64,000 bases of DNA, taken from the NCBI GenBank assembly GCA_016186325.1, contig JACPLW010000005.1:17191-81190 (forward strand), given 5' to 3'. The stretch comes from Parcubacteria group bacterium (GTDB lineage: Bacteria; Patescibacteriota; Minisyncoccia; UBA10092). The notes beneath the pieces were generated by a model. The model ran no database searches. It was given only the letters and a program-made list of their open reading frames with translations, and had not been told where the DNA came from. Position numbers and translations under genes: made by a program. Of this stretch, positions 56,371 to 64,000 are shown piece by piece (the first letter of the stretch is position 1; every line of letters starts with the position of its first letter).

Positions 56371-57080
56371 TTTTTTAAAAAATGTTTAATCATTGCGATA
56401 TCGTATGGAAAAGTTATTTTATGAATTGGATGTTCGGACTCAATAAGTCGAATTCGGATTTTCCGATTAAAATGCTTCAACAACTCAATATTATCCGCCA
56501 AGTCAAATATTTTTTTATCAACAGATTTTTTGTGAGCCTCATAAAGGTCTTTGAACCGAAAACACTGAGGGGTAAAGCCGCAATAGGCGGCTTCTTTGGG
56601 CACGGCTCGATGTATGTGCTTGCCATCGGCTTCAAGAATAAGGTCGGGCGCTTTTCCGGCGACAACCGCTCCGCCGCAACGAACGGCTTCGCGAATAACG
56701 CTGCTAATTACGTTTCCTGAAATTGTCGGACGAGCGGCGTCGTGAAAAATAACATAATCCGGCGGGTATCCTTTTTCCCTAAAATCAAAAAGTGCTCGTG
56801 AAGACGACAATTTTCGCGTTTTTTCACACGGGATCACCCTGACTTTTTCACTATTTAATTTTTCTTGAATAAGGCGTTTAACATATCTTACTTTTTGTTC
56901 AGGAACAACAACAATGATTTCGTTGATAAATTTATCGGCAATAAATTTTTCCAAAGAATAAAAAAGTACCGGTTTACCGCCAATTTTTAAAAATTGCTTA
57001 AACCGTCCCCCCATGCGCTCTCCCCCGCCTCCTGCCAGAAGCACGGCCGCAACAGTTGGTTTTTTTTTACCTTTTATCAT
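56367..57080 (-). CDS. IspD/TarI-family cytidylyltransferase
   Basis: LAGG.G.RM...KQF, HDAARP, TPQ.F, KIT.P.D; start moved to 57080. Confidence 0.88.
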   Translation of the reverse strand: MIKGKKKPTVAAVLLAGGGGERMGGRFKQFLKIGGKPVLFYSLEKFIADKFINEIIVVVPEQKVRYVKRLIQEKLNSEKVRVIPCEKTRKLSSSRALFDFREKGYPPDYVIFHDAARPTISGNVISSVIREAVRCGGAVVAGKAPDLILEADGKHIHRAVPKEAAYCGFTPQCFRFKDLYEAHKKSVDKKIFDLADNIELLKHFNRKIRIRLIESEHPIHKITFPYDIAMIKHFLKK

Positions 57081-57847
57081 GAAAAATAAAGACCTCCGTT
57101 TACGTGAATGCATTGGCCGGTAATATATGAAGCATCGTTGGAACAAAGAAAAGATACAACACTTGAAACTTCCTCAGGTTTTCCGAACCTTTTGAGTGGA
57201 ATTTTTTCTAATTTATTAGAGGATGCCCCGTCTCCAAATCGCCGAAGCATATTGGTATTAATATAGCCGGGAACAATGGTGTTAACAAGAACTTTTGGCG
57301 CCAGCTCGAGCGTAAGAGCCCTGGCAAGACCCATGATCGCACTTTTTGAGACTACATATGCAGTGCGACTTTTTGACCCGATAAAAACATTTGACGATGA
57401 AACAAAAATAATTCGGGGAGACGCCGAGCCGTGAAGCAATGGTAAAAAGTTCCTGGTAAGAACGGTTGCACCAAAAAGGTTTGTTTCAAGAACGCTTCTA
57501 AAATCTCTATCCTTAAAACTCGCAAAATTTTGCGTAAGATTAATGCCGGCGCTATTTATCAAGACATCAAGTTTTCCCCGCGTTTTTTTTACAAGCTTAA
57601 CCATTCGGATAATATCTTTTTCTTTTGTAATATCACCCTGGAGAAGCAAACACGGCGTATTTTTTGCTTTTAATTCGCCCGCAAGTGACAATGCCGGCCT
57701 TTTTGTTTTTTTATCTTTAAAATTTATGGCAACAAAAAATCCGTCATCGGCCAATCGCAACGCGATAGCTCTCCCTATCCCGCTTGAGGCACCGGTTATC
57801 AGTGCGGTTTTTGTATATAACGAACTTTTTTTTTCGGTGTTACTCAT
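57077..57847 (-). CDS. SDR oxidoreductase (possible ribulose-5-P reductase)
   Basis: TGASSGIG, NSAG, YxxSK, ITGQ.I.VNGG. Confidence 0.88.
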   Translation of the reverse strand: MSNTEKKSSLYTKTALITGASSGIGRAIALRLADDGFFVAINFKDKKTKRPALSLAGELKAKNTPCLLLQGDITKEKDIIRMVKLVKKTRGKLDVLINSAGINLTQNFASFKDRDFRSVLETNLFGATVLTRNFLPLLHGSASPRIIFVSSSNVFIGSKSRTAYVVSKSAIMGLARALTLELAPKVLVNTIVPGYINTNMLRRFGDGASSNKLEKIPLKRFGKPEEVSSVVSFLCSNDASYITGQCIHVNGGLYFS

Positions 57848-57851
57848 AATT

Positions 57852-58928
57852 TTAACTTTTTAATATATCGTATTTCGTAAACATCTTGCCAAGGTTAAAA
57901 CTAAAAAAACGAATAAGCGTCATAAATTTATAAGGTCTATGTAACAAGTGTCTTTTAAGAACGGAGAATGTGTAGGGATTGCGTAAAGATAGATTCGGCC
58001 TGATTTTTTCCAAAACATCTTTGTTTAATTTCATGAAAAGCCAGTAATTCGCGCCACGGCGAAAATAAAGTTTCGCTAAAGAACTCAATTTTAGATGGGA
58101 CAAATGAATAACGTGCGTGGGCAGATAGAGAATTTTATTGTTACCATGCAAAATCCGCAGTGCCAAATCGTTGTCTTCATATCCGGGCCAACGGAATTCT
58201 TCCCTAAAACCACCCATTTTTTCTAATATATCCCTGCGATACGACATATTAGCCGTATTATATGCGAAGGTCTCAAAACATACCATCGGATCGTTACTTA
58301 TTATTTCATGCGATAAAAGAAATGGGCTTATTCGGGAATCATAAAAAAAACTGACATAATAAATAAATTTTGCCACAACATTGCGCTCAAGCTTTTCTTT
58401 CGGCGGGATCTGCCAGCCCCCTACCCCTGCGACACCCGGATATCTATTATGACCGTCTAAAAGCGTCTCCATCCAATCCGGCAAAACAATGCAATCATCG
58501 TCTGTAAAAAAAATAATTTCTCCCCTTGCTTCTTTTATACCAAAGTTTCTGGCTTTAGCCGGCCCGCCATTTTCAATTTTGAAATACCTGATTTCCGGTT
58601 TTGCTTGCCCGCCGAAGCCTCGGCGTAAGCGGGTATTTTGTATTTTGTATTTTGCGATTTGCGACTCGGTGTCATCGGTTGAGCCGTCGTCAACCACAAT
58701 GATCTCGTAATTATCTTTGGGAACGGTTTGTTTTATTAAATGGCTTAGGGCGTTTATAAGACACTTAGAGCGATTATATGTCGGCACAATAATGGAACAG
58801 AAGAAATATGTATTTTGTGCGGCAGCATCCACGCCGTTGAATGGTTTGAGTTTTTTAAAGACGCTCCTTTTCCTATCATATCTTTCTTCCGTGAGAGTAA
58901 ACACTGCGTTCCCTATTTCATTTTTCAT
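57852..58928 (-). CDS. GT2 glycosyltransferase
   Basis: SIIVPTYN, DDGSTD, ARN.G, DDD, ED.DL. Confidence 0.92.
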   Translation of the reverse strand: MKNEIGNAVFTLTEERYDRKRSVFKKLKPFNGVDAAAQNTYFFCSIIVPTYNRSKCLINALSHLIKQTVPKDNYEIIVVDDGSTDDTESQIAKYKIQNTRLRRGFGGQAKPEIRYFKIENGGPAKARNFGIKEARGEIIFFTDDDCIVLPDWMETLLDGHNRYPGVAGVGGWQIPPKEKLERNVVAKFIYYVSFFYDSRISPFLLSHEIISNDPMVCFETFAYNTANMSYRRDILEKMGGFREEFRWPGYEDNDLALRILHGNNKILYLPTHVIHLSHLKLSSLAKLYFRRGANYWLFMKLNKDVLEKIRPNLSLRNPYTFSVLKRHLLHRPYKFMTLIRFFSFNLGKMFTKYDILKS

Positions 58929-60018
58929 AAAAAGTTTTTATAAGCGCAAAAACCCGATGGATATCCTCTTCGGCAATATTGGAGCCGGTCGGCAAAACCA
59001 AAGATTCTTCCGCTATTCTCTCAGCAACCGGAAAATCGCCTTTTTTATAATCCAAATAACAAAACGCTTCAAAATGTGGAAGCGGGACGCCGTATTGAAT
59101 CCGGCTATCCACTCTGTTTTCACGCAAAAATTTATGTAATTCATTTCTTTTTTTAGTCAAAACAACGTAACGGTATCCGTTAATAAAATAGTTTTGCGGC
59201 ACCAATGGAATAATTAAATCGCCGATGCCCTCAAGAAGCCGCGAATATAAGAAGTAATTTTCGCGTCGTCGCCTAATAATACCGTCTAAATTTTCCATTT
59301 TAACATTCATAATCGCGGCATGAAACGGAGAAAGACGGCTGGCCACTCCGATAGTCGGATGTTTAGCGCTAAGATTCTCAAAAGTTGTTCCGTACATTCT
59401 CAAAAGAGAAATTTTATCGGCAATTGTCTTATTATTTGTGATTATCGCTCCGCTATCTCCGAATCCGTTTAAAATTTTTGACGGATTAAAGCTTAGACAG
59501 GCGATATCACTATAATATCCCGGGTGACGATTTTTATATTTTGAACCGACGGCCTGCGCCGCGTCTTCTATCAAAAATAAATTATGTTTTTTAGCCAATT
59601 CAGAAATTTTTTCCATGTCCGCCATTATTCCGTTAAGATGGGTGACAATAATACCCTTTGTTTTTAGAGTTATAGCTTTTTCAATTAAATTTGGATTGAT
59701 GTTGAAACTGCTTAATTCAATATCAACAAAAACCGGTTTGGCGTTAATCCAGGCAATCGCTCCGGCAGTCGAAAAAAAACTCACCGCCGGTACAATTACC
59801 TCGTCTTCGGGACCGATATTGAATGCCTTAAGAGAGAGAATTAAAGCATCGGTGCCGCTAGCCACCCCCAAGGCATATTTAGCGCCGGTGTATTCCGCGA
59901 GAACTTTTTCAAAAATCCTTACCGGCTTTCCCAACATAAAATCGCCGACGTTTTTCCCCTTCAAAACAATTCCAGCCAAAGCATTGATGATTTTTAATTT
60001 TAGGAATAGTTCATTCAT
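58918..60018 (-). CDS. DegT/DnrJ/EryC1/StrS aminotransferase
   Basis: SGTDAL, EDAAQA, SFNPSK, GD.G. Confidence 0.92.
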   Translation of the reverse strand: MNELFLKLKIINALAGIVLKGKNVGDFMLGKPVRIFEKVLAEYTGAKYALGVASGTDALILSLKAFNIGPEDEVIVPAVSFFSTAGAIAWINAKPVFVDIELSSFNINPNLIEKAITLKTKGIIVTHLNGIMADMEKISELAKKHNLFLIEDAAQAVGSKYKNRHPGYYSDIACLSFNPSKILNGFGDSGAIITNNKTIADKISLLRMYGTTFENLSAKHPTIGVASRLSPFHAAIMNVKMENLDGIIRRRRENYFLYSRLLEGIGDLIIPLVPQNYFINGYRYVVLTKKRNELHKFLRENRVDSRIQYGVPLPHFEAFCYLDYKKGDFPVAERIAEESLVLPTGSNIAEEDIHRVFALIKTFYEK

Positions 60019-60022
60019 TGGG

Positions 60023-61375
60023 TTATAAATTTCGTATTAAAATCGGGGTTTTACCATTGGCGGACGGATTTATTGTTGCCACTTCTTCTAATATGACTTG
60101 AAACTGGCGCTTTAAGGCCTCATACAGTAAGTTACTTAAATGTTTCTTTTCTGTCTCGGTTAAAGCGATATTCGGAATGTAACGAAACACTATCAGATTT
60201 TTATCCCGCAATTCAAACTGGTATTGCGCGATCCTGTCATGGTAACCCTCATCAATGTGCAGCGCCAAATCAAGAACGGACACGTTTTTATTAGAATTAG
60301 GGAACTGGATAATTTCCGACTCCCGACCATAAAGAGTAATAGTTTTTGATTTGCGGCCGCAAGAGCATAATTCGTTATTTATTACTGCCCTATCGCCGAT
60401 CCTATATCTTATAAACGGCATCGTAAAATTTTCAAAAAAAGTTACAACTACATTGCCCTCGCAACCATCGGGAACGACCTCGCAGCCGTCCGACACAACT
60501 TCAAAATAATTCATCCACGGCGCCAAATGCAACTTGCGGTATTCACATTCAATCCCTAAAAGCGAGGTCTCCCGACTGCCGTAACAGGTAAAAGTCGGGC
60601 ATTTAAAAAATCTGAAAATATTGTTTCGTTCCAGTTCGCTTATGTGTTCGCCACGGTACATTAAAGTTTTAAAAATTATGTCTGGGGCTTCTTTTCGGGT
60701 TAAAAATAGAAATCTCCTCAAATCGCTTCCGTTGGCGATAAGCGTTGCCGGCCTTAACTTTAGATAAGGATAAATGACGGACTGCCGGAATTTATAGTCG
60801 CCCCACTGGGTACTACTGAATCGCCCGCCAAAATTATCCAAATCATGATGGCTTTCTAAGCCCAATATCACTATGTGGCCATGATAGGAATTGCCAGAGT
60901 ATCTTAATTCGTGGGAAGTATTTACTTCTCGCCGCAGATTGTCGCGTAAGTCCTGATAAAACTTCAGCGGCTCGCCGGTAGAGCCGGAAGTAACCGCTTC
61001 TCTAAAACGCCAGCGAGGAATATTTTTGGCAACAAACGTTTCAATTGGATTTTTTTTTATTTCGGTTCTGGTAATTAGAGGAATTTTCTGCAACTGTGAA
61101 AAATCTTTAAACGTTTCCGGATTGAAATTAGTTTCTTTAAAAACTCTCCGCCAATAAGGAACGTTGCTTCCGGCGTGAGTTAAAATTTTTTTAAGTTTTA
61201 TAAGCTGAATTTCTTTCCAATCACTTTCTGAAAAAAAATCCGACTGCGCCAGCGCCCAATTTTGTATGGTCTTGTCAAAATATTTTAAAACTTTTGAATC
61301 TCTACTAAATGCTTCCACCGATAAAGGAGAATTGCAGATAATATGTTTTGCAATTTTTTGTGTGTATGAAAGCAT
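60023..61375 (-). CDS. Phenylacetate-CoA ligase-like (PaaK/CapK) adenylate-forming enzyme
   Basis: VPYW, TSGSTGEP, YGSRE, MPFIRYRIGD, GR, GK. Confidence 0.88.
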   Translation of the reverse strand: MLSYTQKIAKHIICNSPLSVEAFSRDSKVLKYFDKTIQNWALAQSDFFSESDWKEIQLIKLKKILTHAGSNVPYWRRVFKETNFNPETFKDFSQLQKIPLITRTEIKKNPIETFVAKNIPRWRFREAVTSGSTGEPLKFYQDLRDNLRREVNTSHELRYSGNSYHGHIVILGLESHHDLDNFGGRFSSTQWGDYKFRQSVIYPYLKLRPATLIANGSDLRRFLFLTRKEAPDIIFKTLMYRGEHISELERNNIFRFFKCPTFTCYGSRETSLLGIECEYRKLHLAPWMNYFEVVSDGCEVVPDGCEGNVVVTFFENFTMPFIRYRIGDRAVINNELCSCGRKSKTITLYGRESEIIQFPNSNKNVSVLDLALHIDEGYHDRIAQYQFELRDKNLIVFRYIPNIALTETEKKHLSNLLYEALKRQFQVILEEVATINPSANGKTPILIRNL

Positions 61376-61381
61376 AGCATC

Positions 61382-61831
61382 TCAATCGAAATCTACTTCA
61401 TATATTTCCCACGGTATAACAGTAAAGTCAGAGCGCCTGATCCACAACGGATCAATTTTAAAATATCGCGTTTCGTCCATATCGGAAAATTTTGCAAAGT
61501 CCGGAAATCGCGCAATATGAATTATTTTACATTCTGCAAGCTCTTCTCCGCTCAATTCAGAAACTATGCCTTCGTATTGAACCGTTATATTTTGATCCCA
61601 GCCTATTACAACGGCAACGTTTCTATTATTCTTGAAATTCTCATACTTCCTAAACCGATTAGAAGTATCAAAGATCAAATTTAATTCATTTTTAACAGAA
61701 AATTTAATAGCCGCTGCTTCCGGCTTGCCTTCAGGATTCACCGTGGCGAGTACTGCTAAATTGTGTTTTTTAATAAAATCCGCGATTAGTTTTTTTTCGT
61801 TTTGATTATTGATTGCCATAATAAAATTCAA
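61382..61831 (-). CDS. Pyridoxamine 5'-phosphate oxidase-like protein
   Basis: LATV..EG.P, RK..N...N..VA. Confidence 0.82.
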   Translation of the reverse strand: MNFIMAINNQNEKKLIADFIKKHNLAVLATVNPEGKPEAAAIKFSVKNELNLIFDTSNRFRKYENFKNNRNVAVVIGWDQNITVQYEGIVSELSGEELAECKIIHIARFPDFAKFSDMDETRYFKIDPLWIRRSDFTVIPWEIYEVDFD

Positions 61832-61924
61832 TTACTTATACTCATTACATTCCATTATATCATAGCGATCCGTTGTATACAGACGGTTGTGAATATATCA
61901 GAAATAATTTATTATATAGACGCC

Positions 61925-63067
61925 ATGGAAAAACAAAGGTCGATACAAAAAGAATCCGAAGCGGAAATGTCGAGGCCCGAGAATAAAATTTCCCGGCGGG
62001 AATTTTTAAAAACGGCCGGAGCAAGTTTTGCCGCAGCGATTCTTGCCGGCAACGCCAAAGAAGCGCTGGCTTTGATTGAAAAGACGTCCGAAACCAAAGA
62101 AAAAGAAGATGGCGAACCGAAAATATCTTTTGATATATTTTATTCTTTTCACGATACCGCAAAAGATGCGGAGGGGCTTGCGGAACGAATTAAAAAATCG
62201 GATATTTATATGCCCGAGCTTTTCGGTTGGAACGAACGGTATCTTAACGACACTAAAGCTATTGCCGAAGGCAAGATGACTCCAGATGAACTCATGTGGA
62301 AAAGGTTGCGAGGATTTGATCAGGAATATCCTTATTCTTTTGATTACGCCGAAGCCAAAGCTCTATATAAATCGAGTAAATATGTCGCCTATGTTGATGT
62401 ACCGAGAGAACATCCGCTTTTTGATAAAGGAGCAGATGCACGAGAAGAACTCGGAAGAATTGATTTGACTAAGAATTTCTCAGAGTTAGCCGTGTCTTTT
62501 AACGAAAGCGTAAGGCGTTGGGCAGATGTCCAAAAAGAGCGAGAAGTATATATTCTTTCTGAATTGGGGAGATTCGCCGATAGCATCAAAGATGGCCGCA
62601 TGCCGAAATTAAAAGGAAAAAAAGAAATAAAAATATTAATAGCGCTTGGTGCGATGCACACCGGCGTGTATCATGAACTTTCGCGCACCGAAAAAGAAAC
62701 ATCGCGCAAATTTCACACTATGCCGCTCATATTCGGAAAGTTCGCCAGTGAACTTGCGCGCCGTTTTATGTTCGGTAAAGATACCGATGAGACGCTTGCG
62801 ACGCAAGCGCTATTCGGCGCAGTATTTAGCTCAATGGTTAGTAATCGTAGTGACAGAAGTATTCGCGGTTCATATGAGGTATCGCTTATTGAACGAAAAA
62901 TTGTCCCCCAGTTTTCTATTGATGAAATGAAAAAAATATTTGCCGAAGCGCGCATCGCGGAAGACCCACAAAAAAAGTTTCTTGACGCGTCGCTTGAAAA
63001 GTTGAAAGAAAAAGGCATTCGTCTGCCGTCTTCCGAAAAAGAACTGGATACTTTTTTAAATGGATAA
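61925..63067 (+). CDS. Hypothetical protein with twin-arginine-like signal
   Basis: SRREFLK followed by hydrophobic helix and A.A; start moved to 61925. Confidence 0.65.
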   Translation: MEKQRSIQKESEAEMSRPENKISRREFLKTAGASFAAAILAGNAKEALALIEKTSETKEKEDGEPKISFDIFYSFHDTAKDAEGLAERIKKSDIYMPELFGWNERYLNDTKAIAEGKMTPDELMWKRLRGFDQEYPYSFDYAEAKALYKSSKYVAYVDVPREHPLFDKGADAREELGRIDLTKNFSELAVSFNESVRRWADVQKEREVYILSELGRFADSIKDGRMPKLKGKKEIKILIALGAMHTGVYHELSRTEKETSRKFHTMPLIFGKFASELARRFMFGKDTDETLATQALFGAVFSSMVSNRSDRSIRGSYEVSLIERKIVPQFSIDEMKKIFAEARIAEDPQKKFLDASLEKLKEKGIRLPSSEKELDTFLNG

Positions 63068-63960
63068 AATCACGGAATCGCAAAAAGGAGAAATCATGGA
63101 ATCGCTTGGTTTTAAAGGAACGCTTGAAGATATAAAGAAGGTTTGGAGCGGGTACGCTAAGGGATGGGGCGATAGGTGGTCTCCCTGGCGGCCATCATCA
63201 GGAGATATTGGCGTATATCAAGCGCTGGCCGAAGAAAAGTTAAGTGGTCGAGTACTCCTGTTTGGCGCAACGCCCGAATTGAGAGATTTAATTGCGCAGA
63301 ACGGCGGGGACATAGTTTTAATCGATATCTGCCCGGAAATGGTTGGGGCGGCCACTAAATTCCTTAATCATTCAAATCCAAAAAATGAAACATGGATTAT
63401 AGCCGATTGGTGCGAAATGCCTTTCTCTTCAGATTATTTTGATTTAATGATCGGAGATTTTATGTGGTGGCTGCTTTCCGTGCCACGGCAAAAAACCCTT
63501 CGCGACCAAATAGCGCGAATTTTAAAACCGGGAGGAAATTTTGTTTCTCGTATTCATTTTTGCGACTTGGCGCGCGCCGGCCAAAACATAGAAGAGATAA
63601 TAAAAACAAATTTGCTCCGATTACATCACGACAATAGCAATAGGCCGCAATTGCGTGAAATGATTATAGCTAAAATTGTTGACGCGACAGCCGATTTTCA
63701 CGCCAAAAGATTAAACATAAAAACAGCTATTCCCGTATTTGAAAAAATTATTTCAGAAACCAGTGACGAATTCTTGCGAGGCTTTATAGAAGAACTTTTT
63801 TCGCGCTGCAAAAACCGCACCGACTGGACGGCGCAGACAAAAGACAAAAGAAGAAATATTCGCCTGTTTAGAAGAAAAACTTCTCTTTGTAGACGAAAAA
63901 TTTGCCTCGGATTATGAAGATGCTAAATTTTTTCCAATTATTAAATTTATAAAAAATTAG
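63060..63960 (+). pseudogene. Class I SAM methyltransferase, apparently frameshifted near the C-terminus
   Basis: LLFGATPE, DW..MP...FD, LKPGG; 7-bp duplication at 63835-63848 shifts the frame (called ORF stops 63917, restored frame stops 63960). Confidence 0.65.
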
Positions 63961-64000
63961 AAAGCCGGATGTAAATATGGAAGATTTCTGGCAAAAAAAA

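Noticed and set aside
1287-63917. Alternative genetic code (UGA=Gly, as in Gracilibacteria/SR1)
   Set aside because: Long conserved genes translate intact with code 11, and TGA acts as stop in ATGA overlaps

Overview
AT-rich bacterial DNA that looks like a Patescibacteria/CPR (Parcubacteria-like) chromosome. This is inferred from a type IV pilus locus without PilQ, a eukaryote-type GlyRS, PaaX/Cas2-like ORFs and few Shine-Dalgarno sequences. 1-30 kb is mostly housekeeping: glmS, leuS, tatD, metG, glyQS, recO, clpP, ileS, argS, smpB-tmRNA, infC-rpmI-rplT, polX and tRNA-Arg(CCG). 30.2-31.2 kb is a ~1 kb highly structured non-coding region. 32-45.7 kb is a type IV pilus/competence locus with divergent clpC-comF. 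45.7-52.5 kb holds a stand-alone YcaO plus SagB-type dehydrogenase cluster with two TPR proteins and two exported proteins but no evident small precursor peptide. 52.5-64 kb is a surface-glycan island (TarI/SDR/TagF-like, GT2, DegT, PaaK-like). Main unusual signals: (1) the smpB stop codon lies inside the mature tmRNA, so tmRNA processing could create a non-stop smpB mRNA; (2) the YcaO/SagB system may modify an exported protein; (3) two PaaX/Cas2-like genes are each bracketed by their own palindrome family; (4) 30-bp palindromic elements are inserted in frame, and sometimes nested, in essential genes and tmRNA; (5) perfect DnaA boxes sit at a near-constant position in three pilus/surface-gene promoters. 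All calls are by eye, with no database searches run.
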